The notes under the pieces were generated by a model. The model saw only the letters and a program-made list of their open reading frames with translations, made no database searches and had not been told where the DNA came from. A program made the position numbers and the translations under genes. Of a stretch of DNA of 64,000 bases, positions 37,655 through 50,634 are shown one piece after another. Numbering within the stretch: position 1 is the first letter of the stretch; each line of letters starts with the position of its first letter. Source of the DNA: Takakia lepidozioides (lineage: Eukaryota > Plantae > Bryophyta); assembly GCA_030704615.1 (NCBI GenBank), contig CM060733.1, positions 68,944,001-69,008,000 on the forward strand. Reading direction: 5' to 3'.

Positions 37655-40600
37655 GCATAGACTTCACTGCTGTTCTTTTACCTTGATAAAGACAATACTA
37701 TCTCAAGCTGCTACTAGCACGCTTTCAGGCAGATTGCCAGATTGCCAGAACACTATTCGCCACTGAAAAGCATAAGACCTCTATGAAGGTACACGTATCT
37801 CCTGTGAAAGGAGGCTTAGTCATCTTCTCTGTCAGTGCACCAGAACTCCAGTGGCTAACCTGTTACACAGCCATACTAAGCATAAGAACATACTGAGACC
37901 AGTCAGACGTTTTACCCAAGAGCTAGCTAACAGGTAACTGGTGTCTATTCGTCATCACCCTAGTCCAGTGCTCTATGCGCCTTTGATTTGTTTCGAAGAC
38001 ACTTTCGAACAGTCTGTGGGCTGTTCTGTGAGCTTGATCTTCAATGCCCTCTCAAGAGAGAAACCCTGTCACCCTCATGTCCCGCAGTCACGAGGAATCC
38101 TATGCGCACACCTCAAGATGTGCTGCACTGAAAGGACGCGAGAGGAGGATATTTAAGCTGCACTTCCTTCGAAGTGATGCTGACACCACTTAAATTTTAT
38201 GGGAAGGAACTTGAACTAATTGCAAAGGGTTTATATAAGAAAAGTCCACTAGAAGATGCATGTGCCTGTGGCTCTGGTGGCCAAGGGTTGCCAGTCAGCG
38301 TCTCCCAACAGAGGCAGTATACTCTTTAATCTGTCTGGCACTTATTTATAGGAGAGAGAATAGCAGTGGGTACTCCGTGGCAATTTGCGAGCACAAATAA
38401 ATCCCTCCTGGAGATGTCTGTAACTTCGCTGTCAATCACCGCGACTTGGAGGTCACACATGCCAGCTTCCTTGCCGAAATTATACAATGATTCTGCTAGA
38501 CCTACATGCTCTGAACCCTGGGTCATAATGTAACCAGAGAATACGAGGACCTTCCAAACACTAATCATCAACCGTCACGCCGCTGCTTTGGTATCTCAAT
38601 CGGCTAATTCATGAGAAACTTTCAGAACAACCATACATCTCTGACCAGCCTCCCCTCTTCTATGACTGCCAAGCTGCGCCAGTACCATTGTGATTGAAAT
38701 TAATGATTTGTCACGCTGATAGCTTTGATGTTAACTTTTCCCCTCCCTCTTCTACGTGGATAAAAGGGCAACGAGATCACGGTTACAAACACTTGCAACA
38801 GACGCATGCCAGGCAGAGGGTCGAGAAAAATGTGTCCAAGGTAGGGTTGCACACAGAAACCAAAACAGAGGAGGAAAACAAATGATGATTGCGGTGCCGT
38901 CAAATCTCCTAGATCATACACATTTCGCCTCTTCATGCAGAAACAGAATAGGTCTAGCTTAGGCTGATGGTGAGGCTCAACATGACGCTGGCCTCTCCAG
39001 CTCCAGCTTCACAAACGCGCCAAAAGGCGGCGGATACAAACAAGACACAGCTGAGAGAAACAGAAAGGAAAACGGATGGAAACTCCCTCTACCTCCAACG
39101 AGGGCGTGCGTTCCTTCAATCTGGTTCGAATCCCCCCGAAACAACGAAGAGGAAGTAGAAAGAGTAAGGAAGGGATTTGGAATGTAGTTCCACGACGGAA
39201 GATCAGCGGGAGAAACCTGGAAGAGTTCCCACCATCCCCTTGTGGAGCGTGACAAGGCGAGAGAGACGAGAGGGGCTATCACATCACGGTAAATGTCATT
39301 GTCACCGCAGTAAAGTATTATTGTAACATTTATGTGGTAAGCCGGGCTCGTGAGGATAACGTGGATCTGTGGGGGAGTGAATGTCGAACGTCCCTCCCGA
39401 GCCTGTGACCAGCAACATCCTTGCCTCGGTCCAATCCGAACGTACCCACGACCGTTCGTGGCAGTTTCCTATCACTGAAATCTTATGAATCCCCATGACA
39501 TATTCTAATGGCCAAATCTTACTCATCCCAAATTCTTACTAATTCCAATGCCCAATTTCGAGCTCTTTTAAATTAAAAAAAAGGGGACGATGGCCCTTTT
39601 AATCAAATTAAATATTTATATATGTATGACCCCAACCCAAAAAAAAGAAAGACCCCGACCGAAATTAGCATAAATAAGAGCCTCTTCTCCGAGCTTTAAC
39701 TAGATTCAACTCACATTTTCCCGCCTGCCATCTTATTACTAAGCATCCAGTTTGAGACTGTGAAATAATAAATAAAATGAACATTGAGTGTTGCCTTGGT
39801 TGGATGACCAACTTGGTATGTGACACCGTGATACTTTATTAATAGTAAATAGATATGTTCACCGATAGTTACTGAGGTGATGATAGGAATAAATATTGAG
39901 GAGTGTGCACCACAGTAGCAGGAGACCGTTTAAACGCCAGACCAAAGAGAGCCGTGCAATCGCACGTGCGATACACTCGAGCTCGGGTGCCCGTTGGGCG
40001 AGCACCCGTGCAGCCATCGCAACGTTCATCTGCTGCGGTTCGTACGTGCGACCCACCCGGGCTCCGGCGCCACAGCTGCGCGAGCCCACCCGGACCAAGG
40101 TATGCGCAAGGGTCGAAAGGCTCTCCGTAGAGGAGAGGACCCTATGCCGCCCAACGTGTGTACTGGATGGTCTTCATCCATCCGACGTCATCATGAATCG
40201 GAGCTTTTGTTGTCCAAGGCCGACGCTTGGAAAACGCCAATCGCCACTGATCCGGTGTACGTGGGAAGTAGTCGAAGCTGGCTGAAGGTAGGTCCGGAAG
40301 AATGTGGTGTTGGCACTTGGCACCCCATCCCAACCCACTGAATCCTGCCACTCATCATCTTTTCAAAACTCACGGTTGAGTGTCGTCTCTCTTTACTTCA
40401 TTCCTTTGGATGATCAACAGAATTTCATTTTATCGTATTGAAATATTATCATTAAGAGAATCCAGATGAACCTTTTAGAATTTCACCTGCTTATTTATTC
40501 TATTGTTTGCAAATTTGAAGGGAAATGAATTGAAGGCTTGAGAGCTTAATAGTGCAGGGAGTGGAAGGGTGCAGTCATACTTGCTTGTTGACACATGTCA

Positions 40601-40862
40601 TTGTGGATGATCGGTCTATGGATGGATGTATATCCAACACATGTGAAGTTGTTTTTACATATTTCTATATTAGTCCCAAAATTCACTGGCACAAATGTCG
40701 AGGCATCTACGGTCCATATTCCTGAGCTAAAGTATCGAACGGCCCCCATAAATTCTTGACGGTGAGGATGGCGGGCCCATTTTAATGGGTATCTCTGGCA
40801 AAATGGCTATATTGAAGATATTTAAAATATAGGCTATTTCTGGAGGAAATAAGCGTTATTAC

Positions 40863-41368
40863 CAGTGTTGTTCTGGTATCAGTGTTAGGACATACCAGAC
40901 TGGTCCTGGTACCAGACGTATCACAAAAAATTTATACCAGTCTGGTCTATATAATGGTGGATGTATAATTCTCTACATACTGGTATGAGTACGAGTATCA
41001 TGACCACAATATCAGCTGGTACGAGATATCAATTCTGGTATCATTCCAAAGCCATCTTGAATTACAAGTTTATCACTAGCAAGTATCAAATGAAAACAAA
41101 TACAATATAAATAAAGAAATAAATATACATAAGTACAAGTATGTAGGCATATATACACATAAATTAATATAGTATACATACCAGAGTAAATGAGGAAGAC
41201 GGCGGGGAAGTACTGGTATTGAGGCTGGTATGAAAAAACTGATACCAGCCTGGTCTGGTATATGACCCAGTATTCTCCCAAATGATACCAGACTGGTCTG
41301 GTATCTAATACCAGTGCATATACCAGTATTTTATACCAGTCCTTCACCTATATACCAGACCAACACTG
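40863..41368. mobile_element. Non-autonomous hAT element (MITE)
   Basis: TIRs CAGTGTTGTTCTGGTAT / ATACCAGACCAACACTG; perfect 8-bp TSD GTTATTAC (40855-40862, 41369-41376); many subterminal ATACCAG/CTGGTAT motifs. Confidence 0.92.
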
Positions 41369-41484
41369 GTTATTACAGTTATTTTCTTATTTAAGATTAT
41401 CCCGAAATTCTTACATATTTCTTTTCCTAATTATACGGTTGGCGGAAGCAGGGTAGTAATTGGTGGCCAGTAGTTATTATTAAT

Positions 41485-42139
41485 ATTTTATATTATTATT
41501 ATTATTATTTTAATAAATGGAAACACCTGGGAGCGATAGCTCACAAATCAGGCCCCTTAATAGTGAGAGGAGAAAATAACCTCTTTCAGAGTAACCTCGC
41601 CATGAAGGCGTAGAAATGGGACACCGCCCAAGGGAAGGGGGAGAATATGTAAACCCAAGTTTCAATCAAGGAAAATCGGCGAGTGACTAGCTAGCACGAT
41701 TGAAATGGGGGGCTAGTGGAGAGGCAGGGAAAGACACACAGGGGGCGAGAGAAAAGGGGGGTGGTCGAGTAGACGGGTGGGGCCAGGCTGTAGGGACACC
41801 TAGAAAGAGGGGGGAGGGAATGTTTTATTTATAGAAGGTAAGGAAATAGGCCCACCATTGGAGCAGCCAATGGTGGGTTAGGATTTGAGGTTTTGTAGGG
41901 TTAGAATTAGTGGAAACGTGTCAAAGGGTGGGGTAGGGTACGACATGTGGGGGTATCTCTAGGGTCTTCTAGAAGGCCCCACCACCGCCTCGCGGGGTCT
42001 TCTGGAAGTCTCCAGCGCCGCCTCCCAGGCCTATATAAGGGGGAGAAGAGTATAGCACACCCGTCAAGTAGCAGAATTTGACCCCATAATCATTTGGATG
42101 GCACTCAGTGCACTAACCAACTGAGCTACTGACTATTGG
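41485..42139 (-). mobile_element. tRNA-derived SINE, copy 2, with about 400 bp of extra internal sequence
   Basis: Minus-strand head GTCAGTAGCTCAGTTGGTTAGTGC...GGGGTCAAATTCTGCTACTTGAC (42133-42063); (AAT)n tail; TSD GTTATTATTAAT at 41473-41484 and 42140-42151. Confidence 0.82.
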
Positions 42140-43217
42140 GTTATTATTAATTGTGTAAATAAAATGCGGCCCTTATGAAGGCGTAATCCTGCTTCACTAT
42201 AGATTCTCCTTCCTCTATAGTGTAAAGCTAATTTTGGGAAATATAGCTCAACAGAGCGTGCATGCTAGGTAGAAAGGATAAACCGCAGAGGATCTGAGAT
42301 GTTGATCTCGTGAATCTACTGAATGTTCATCTATGAGCCTTGTACTTCCTTCACACATCTTTCATCCACATATGGTACGTCGGTTTAACACAACAAAACA
42401 CCATACCGAGAGTTGGAACTCCTATGTTTAAATAGATAGTGCTTATCAAAATCGGTCCAACCACGTGGCACTCATACATAGGGTACCCAAATTTCACCCA
42501 GGTGTTGTGACAGCAAGGCTGCCAACAAAGCTTAATCCACAACTAATATAGTTGTTTGATAAGAGACAAATTCTCAGCTGATTTATAGGCATGCCAACTA
42601 ACAACTGTTGTCTATCCTAAAAGTAACTTGAACTTTCATCAATGAGGAATAAAATAGCGCGAGGAGTAAGGAGCTTCATATATGTGAAGGTTGCCGCCGC
42701 CCTTGCTAGCGAGCTCCTGCGAGCTGAAGATGACATGCCATCTAGTAGTCATCTTGACAAATGGGATGCAAAAACCTAGGAAGGAAAATCTTGCTCTGCA
42801 AGTTGGGCAAAAGACAAAACCTGGAAAATCCCAAGTGTCTACAAATAAGGCACCTAATATAATATTTGTCTCTCTAGGTGAACACCAATCAATCCAACGT
42901 AAATCCAATCAAAGAGTCGCCATGAGGGCTGCTGATCAATCTTCAGTGTCTACCACGATCGTATCTGATCTACGTTTGCGTGGAGTCAGAACTACATGAC
43001 AATTTTTCACGTTAATACAGGTGAGATTAAACATGAGCTTGGAAGGAACTAACTGATAAACATGAACAATGCCAGGGATTTCCGCAGTAGAAGAATGTTG
43101 TGGCAAGAACTAGTTGTATTGTCGCCCAAAAAGAATATCAGCAATGAGGTAGGGCCCGTCAATCCGAAGATTACCCTTGGAAACCTGCTTGTCAGGTTGA
43201 AGCCGCACACAAATAGT

Positions 43218-44150
43218 CTAGCCAATAGCAAAGGACTCCGAGTAAACAACCTTGCGATTGTACTGCTTAGGCTGAACAGCTCGAGCCACTGAGATGTTGT
43301 ACTTGGCAGTTTCCAGCAAGTTGAGACGAAAAGCAGTGAGGTTAGTCATAAAGGCATTCCAATCCACAGGCTCATGTACTTGCACGGCCTGTAAGACAGG
43401 GTCAGGTAAAGGCGAAGTGGTCTTGCGACCATATAGTAATTCAAAGGGGGTCAGACGAGTGCTAGCATGAACAGAAGTACGATAAGCAAAAATAAATATA
43501 GGTAGAGTGATGTCCCAATCAATAGTCATCCCACTATACTTCTTCTCCAGAAGCTGACACATGGTTTTGTTGAACCGCTCCGTAAGCCCATTGCATTGTG
43601 GGTTGTATGGGGCTATGAGGCAATGTTTCACACCCATGTTAAAGCAAACAACCTCCATCAACTGATTGCAGAATTCAATCTCCTGGTCTATAAGAATCTC
43701 AATCGGGCAGCCATGTTTAAGTATGATGTCATCAAAGAAGAACCGTACCACCTCATCGTTGTCCTTAGCGACTAGTGGTCAAACTTCAACCCATTTCGAC
43801 AGGTAATCTATGGCTACAGCAATGTAGGAATTTCCCTTAGTCGTAGATTCCAAAGGTCCGACTACATCTAAACCAACCCTTGTAAACACTTTGGTCATAG
43901 GAATCGGCTGTACTGGTAATGTAGCTTGGGTCCTAGGCAGCAAGGTTTTGAACTTGCATGGTACGCACTTAAAGCAATGAACTTCGATACATCTTGACAG
44001 AGGCCCTTCCAATAATACTTCTTTAATACCAAATTACTTGGGATAAACTTTGTAAAACGACGATGTGCATGTCCAGATTCCGGCCTAGTGCGGCGAGAGA
44101 CATCACCACCCTCCCCCTTCCTGGAAATTTTGTCTGTGGGATTGCTACTG
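43218..44150 (-). pseudogene. Decayed gypsy-type DDE integrase
   Basis: GH...YYWKG...CFKC; VGLDVVGP...IDYLSKWVE; HGCPIEILIDQ...YNPQCNGLTERFN...AYRTSVHASTRLTPFELLYG. Confidence 0.85.
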
Positions 44151-45899
44151 TGGCGCCGCATATTGTTTCTGCTCAGCTTCAATACTAAACGTAATACCTC
44201 TTGTGTTCAAGATCAAGTAAATTCCAGCAGGACCCTATTGCTGCACCCTTATATGATCTTAAAAATGTATTTGATGCGGGCAACAGCCAGTACAAGGCTA
44301 GAAGTCCACCGTTTTGTACTGAACATTATTACTTTTCTACTGAACATTTCCCCCAACACCGAATAAAGTGGACCTTCCGATTATTGTAGTAGATTGTAGT
44401 TCGCGGAAGATATGCTGGGAATGTGACTTCCACATCCTGAACACAATGATTTCCAAAATGCGCATTTTTATTCATGAAGGGAATAACATCTAAACAATAG
44501 AAGGTTGGAAATGAAACTGTGCTATGGCGAGGACCCACGATCACTGTCCAAACCAACCCCAGACTGATGCCCTTCACCTACTTCCGATCCTTCGCTACTA
44601 CTATCGATGTTACTCTCGACAGCCCTCCCCTCCAAAATACCATCCTCACTAGTTGGAACTGACTACCTAGGTATGGAAGTCTCCTCATCATTCCCCTCGC
44701 TCTCAGACGCGGATTCTACGACCCACTTCCCTACTCTGGCTTTCACAATTCTATGTTTGGCCTCATGCTTCATTATAATTCTCTGCTCCTTTTTCGTCTC
44801 CTCCTAGAGCCGCAACCATCTCCGAGTCGGGCAAGTCTCCAACCATTTCCTCATCGGACGACTCTGCAAGGCTGAGTACATGCACAAGAAAACAATCAGG
44901 CACAAATGAATAAGGATACATGAAACATGTGCACGTTGCGTGCTCCCTACAACCAAAACCAATACACTTACGATGGTGCAACTCACTCGAAGACAGACAT
45001 TGCAGGAAGCGGCTTCAGGCGTTCTGGAATCTCCTGAACTTCCTCCTTTTCCTCCCCTTCCTCCTCATGCTCTTCGTCGTTCTACTGCTCAATTGCAGGG
45101 TTTCGCTGCAAGCCACTACAATAGATCCCGCCTTTTAGGTCTGCCACATTTGCCCAGTCGTGGCATATATGTCTGCAAAATGCAAAGGGCAGTCTTGAAT
45201 GCCAATGGAGACCACCAGAAGACGTATATGCCACTGTGTGCCTCCGCCACGTCAGGATCTGCGATCAATCACATTTGACCAAATAGATTGAGATGATAGA
45301 TACGACTACGAGTCATGGCCAAAACTACAGCAGGATGACGTGGGTATTGCAATGTATGACTGTTAGTATTCACGACTACACGTGGCGATTGTTGGTTGCC
45401 CAAGGAATATCTACGTGGAAAATGCAAAGATAAATGGATGAAACAGACGAGGATGTGACTGCAAAATGACGACGTGTCTACATATCATTGCTCGCGTGGT
45501 TAAAATATTGTGGTGTATTGGATGCAAATGCATCTAACGGCTGCAAATGATACTTCTTCGAGGGTGACGTCGACTTACTGGTGATTTATTTTAAATTGTA
45601 AGTGGTTCCAACAACTTCTCTAACAACTCCACAATTATGTTTTAAATTTATGTAATTTGAACTATATATTAGTAATTAGATAGAATATACAGTCCTTTTA
45701 ACTACTCATTTAATGACTACAAAAATATATATATAAAGCTAAAAATACCTTCACATAATAACATGGAATATATAATCATTTTATAAACTATTAGGGTACA
45801 AAACTTTAAAAAAATTCAAAAGGTTGGCTCGAATTTAGGGCTGCTAGGTCGCAGTGTGCAGGGCTGGGACTTAATGTTTTTTGGGGTCTGCGTCTTTTT

Positions 45900-47050
45900 A
45901 GTGTCATGGAGTGCGATGATCGCAGGATATGCACAGCAGGGGCACGGGATAGAGGCGTTGGAGACCTATGAGCAAATGATGTATGAAGCCTGACCGCATC
46001 ACGTTTGTGACCATTTGAAATGCGTGTGCAAGCCTGGCAGACCTAGTAACTTGGGCAAAGAGATCCATGGTGACATCGTCAAAGCTGGAACTGTACCGGA
46101 TGTCATTCTGAACAATACCCTCATGGACATGTATGCCAAACGTGGGAGCATTGAAGATGCAAAGGGAGTGTTCAACAATATGGCTGAGCGAAATGTGTGT
46201 CGTGGAACGCGATGATCGCAGGACATGCGCAACAGGGGCGGGGATTGGAGGTTTTGGAGATGAGCAAATGACGTGGGAGGGGGTTTGTTTGCGTTTGCAA
46301 TGCATGTGCGAGCCTGCTGGAAAAGGGCAAAGAGGTCCATGGTTGCATCGTCAAAGCTGGAACACAAGGTCGAGGACAATGTGGTGAGGGCATATTCTTC
46401 AACCTATTTCAGCCTGTTTTTCCCTCTCATCAGACTCGGACCTGCGATGCATATTGAATTCTGTAAGTTAGCTCGTTGGCTTTTGAAAGAGGATCAAGAG
46501 AGGGAGTCCACAGTGCCTCTTCTGGCTCTTTTGGGCATGTGAAGATGTTTTGTGAGGCAGGCAGACTGAAAGAGGCTCTACAGACTTTAAACCAAGGAGT
46601 ATTTCAGCAGATTCAGATATGTATGTATGTCTCTTGCTTAAGTGCATCAAGATGAAAGGTCTGGAAGCTGGAAAGCAAGTGCACACCCACATTATCCAAA
46701 GTGGATCCACGCCAAGTGTTTTCTCCTCAACACCCTTGTCAACATGTATGTGCCTCATGAATGCTCACCAAGTGTTCAAAGGAATGCCTCAACGATCTTT
46801 GATCACATGGAATACAATGTTGGCAGGATTTACCAAGCATGGGTGTGGTAGGAATGCTTTGGAGACATATGAGCAAATGATGTGCGAAGGGGTGAAGCCC
46901 AACCACATCACGTTTGTTTGTGTTTGCAATGCGTGTGCAAGCCTGGAAAAGGGGAAAGAGGTCCATGGTGACATCGGTCGACAATGTGGTGAGGGCACCT
47001 TCTTCTTCAACCTATTTCTGCCTGTTTTACCCTCTCATCAGACTCGGCCT
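45900..47050 (+). pseudogene. PLS-class pentatricopeptide repeat (PPR) pseudogene fragments, partly duplicated
   Basis: GKEIHGDIVKAG...NTLMDMYAKRGSIEDAKGVFNNM; ITWNTMLAGFTKHGCGRNALETYEQMMCEGVKPNHITFV; frameshifts and stops. Confidence 0.85.
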
Positions 47051-49299
47051 TGAGATGCATATTGAATTCTGAAAGTTAGCTCGTTGGGTGGATCTGTGGT
47101 GGTTAGGAGTGACTAAATGACAAGTTACTGCCGTTGTGGCAGCAGGAAAGTATCCAAAAATAGATAACATAGATGAGGAAAAGCTCGTTGGTGGATCTAT
47201 GGTGGTTTTGGAGTGATTTTGACATGTTACTGTAGGTAGGGTTAGGGCGTCAGTGTCGGCTGCTTCAGCTGCTAGCTGCAGCAAGGCTGAGGATGTATTC
47301 ACAATTTGTACACGGGCATGGATAGCCGAAGGAGTGCACGGATAGATTGTGGGTCCAGACTCATCCAAGAGGCCCGGATTTCAAGCTCCAGATTACCTAT
47401 GATTCCCTGTGGAGGATAGCTACAAGAAACAGATGGTCAATTGGAAGCCGCAGCAGCAGCGGCACAATGGATAAAATCAGGCACTACTAATGAATGCACC
47501 TTCTTCAACACATTTCAACCTGTTTTTCCTTCTTATCAGAATTGGCCCTAAATTTCCATGTTGAATTCTGCAAGTTAGCTGGTTGAGTGAATCTTGTTTG
47601 GAGTGACTTTGACATGATACTGCCAATGTGAACAATTCTTGGTTCCAATTCACCGTACCAAAGCTTTTGGTTGGCATTCTATCCAAAGTTTATTGAGCTT
47701 GTACCAGTTGTCGCGATGTCTAGTAGAAATAATTAACCTTTTTTCTTGCATGCTGGAAATGTGAGGGTGTAAATCTAAAAGGTGAAGCCTCAGTTTGTTT
47801 CTGCTTCAGGATTACTGTATTAATGACTTTGGCACTTCGTTAGTCTGTCTCTCAAAGCATTTTAATGCAATGGGTTGAATATCAACCAATGTGAAACCCC
47901 CTTATTGGAACAGGCTCTATATGAGTCAAATTGGATCCCCTCAGCTTGGGGCTAAGTCATCTGTCGGTCCTGAGAAATGTAGAAAGGTTTAAAAAATGAT
48001 CACCATTGATCGAAACTTCCTGGTAAAACGTCATTATAGAAATGGTATTCAAATGGGTGAGTATATCTCTTCTCAAGGCTCTCCACTCCAAGGGCCACTT
48101 AGCTTGCCCTTTCACTTTTCCCCTATTGCTTGTACCCGTCAAAAAAGGCTAATATGAGACAGCACAAAATGATTGTTGATTGTTATTGAAAAACCGCTTG
48201 GACCTTAATAGTTGGTATGTGTGAAGTTGTGGTGGATGCTCACCACCAACACTTTCATTTCTCAAAAACCGTTGGCAAAAAAACCCTATGCCTCAGCCTC
48301 GGGGCTTTCAAAATTGGTAACCAAAGGCGGAGCATCCCTATGGTGCTAGAGCCCAAGACAATAAATCCTTCCTCTTGTTCTATCTTCAGGATGCCCACAC
48401 CATGGAAAAATTTGTTGAGACCCAACGCTTTGTGATTATCATATTGAACCACATTTTGGGTATGTGAATCCTAATTACACCGTTTATCCTTTTAACCCCA
48501 AGACCCACAACCAAAACCGCCAATCCAAAACCCAGCATTATAAAGAAAAGCAAACACCCTAACCCAGTACCATATGAAAAAAATAAATAAAAAAAAATAA
48601 AAAACTAAGAAACCCAAAAGGCCCTAAACCCTAAACCCAAAAAGGCCGGCCGTCGCCTCCTGCGATACCCTCGCGTCGCATTTGACGACGAGTTTTTTTC
48701 AAATTTTTACCTGGGGGTCGCACCCCGCGACGGCAAGCCGTTGCGGGGGGCGACGTGTTTATTTTATTTTTGGGACCGGGGGTCATAAGCAACGACGGCC
48801 GGCCGTTGCAAATATCATTTTTACATTTCAAAAAAGGGTGGGGCACAGGCGTGCGACAGCCGAGCGTCGCACGTAGGCACCACGCCTTTTTTTTTCCCTA
48901 AGTGCTTGAAGCATCTCTTTCCCCTTCCGTTTGTGTTTGTTCTTTGGGAGAGAGGTAGTTTAGAGAGTGGGGTTTAGGGTGGAGGAGAAACGCACCTTCT
49001 GCTAAGCCCAAGGTGGTCGCAAGGCCCCAAGGAGTTTGCCCCAACGCCGCTCCAATGCCCAAGGTAAGCACCGCCTCCTCCCTCACTTTCTCTCTTGCTT
49101 TCTTGCCCTAAGCACGGGCTGATGTCTCTCTCCCCTGTGTGGTAGGAACGCCGTGCAGAGTCGCGTTGTAAACGAGCTGAAGAGAGAGAGAGCCGTGGTG
49201 AGCGGGGGAGAGACGCCCTGCAGTGGCGGGGACCCGCGCCGTTGGCAGCCGCGACAGCACCGCAACAGCTCGCTTCAAGCACCAGCAGCAGCAGAGGTA

Positions 49300-50634
49300 C
49301 GTTAGGGAAATTGCACTCTCCCTTTCCTCTCTGCTTCTGTTTACTGTTCAAAGGTAGTCTTCCTGCCCTGAGTTTAAATTTTGGTCTGGTGCCAAGAGTG
49401 GGATAGACCCTTGAGCGCATCCATGATGTCCTCCCCCATGTCACAGACTGGAAACAGGTTCAGAGAAGTTTTCTTCCTAACTTCATTTTCATCGAACAAT
49501 TTTCTGGTAACAGACGTGGCTTTGGACACTACACTCTCTAAGTCAGGTTTATCCAGCAAGGTCAAGACTTGCGGGTCCAGATTCAGATCCTTGAGAATCT
49601 CTTCTACTCTCTTCTCCCACGGCTTACCCTGTTTGACAGGGCGGTCCTGTTTCCAAGATATAGAGTCGATTGACTTAGGAAATCTGGTGTTGGACATGTG
49701 TTGCAGCTGAACCCACCATCTGACCTTGAATTTATCTCATCGGGAGCTTAAAAGAGAGTAGCACAGAAGAGAGTCAGCTCAGTCACTCCCCCCATATCCC
49801 CCCATATCCCCCCCTCCCATATATTTTTTTTTTCTTTGTTGCCCCCTCTCTTGGGGAAACAAAAGGGACAAATCCTACCTCTGTCAGGGGCTGACGTTGG
49901 TAGTAAGACTTACCTTCACATATAGAATTAATCCGGGTTTTCCAGATATCCTCTACAAATCCCTTCACACAAGCATCAATCTGCTGTGTATGAGTTGCCC
50001 AAAAACTAGGCCTCAGAAGGGGCTGGGCTTTTGGCTCAGCCTCGACTTTTTTTCAAAGTTAGTAAACAGAGGTACATACACAATTCCCTTGATAGATTTG
50101 AAGAGAGCGTCTCTTTGGTGAGAGAACCACGGACAGTGTATCAGAAAATGAGTATTGTCTTCAGCTTGCCCACACAACGGGCAATTGCACTCTCCCTTTC
50201 CTCTCTGCTTCTGTTTGTTGTTCAAAGGTAGGCTTCCTGCCCTGAGTTTAAATTTCAGTCTAGTGCCGAGAGTGGGTAGACCCTTGAGGTCATCCAAGAT
50301 GTCCTCCCCCATGTCACTGACTGGAAACAAGTTCAGGGAGTTTTTTGCCTAACTTCATTTTCATCAGACAATCTCATGGCAACAGACATGGTTGGACACT
50401 ACAGCCTCTAAGTCAGATTTATCCAGCAGGGTGAAGACTTGCGGTTCCAGGTCCAAGTCCTTGAGAGTCTCTTCTACAGTCTTCTGCCAGGACTTAGCCT
50501 GTTTGACAGGTCGGTGGGCGGTCCTGTTTCCAAGATATAGAGTCGATTAACTTAGGATATCTGGTGTTGGACATATGCTGCACCCGACCCCACCATCTGA
50601 CCTTCAACTCATCTCGTCAGGAGCTTAAAAGAGA
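49300..50634 (-). mobile_element. Two tandem 3' fragments of a LINE ORF2
   Basis: Duplicated KFKLRAG.LPLN.KQKQRGKGEC; CCHC CPLCGQAEDNTHFLIHC; poly(A) tail (T-run at about 49823-49833 on +). Confidence 0.75.

Noticed and set aside
42063-42133. Functional tRNA gene
   Set aside because: Degenerate stems and B box; has a tail and TSD, so it is a SINE head
48620-48640. Telomeric TAAACCC repeats
   Set aside because: Only two units; at most a telobox
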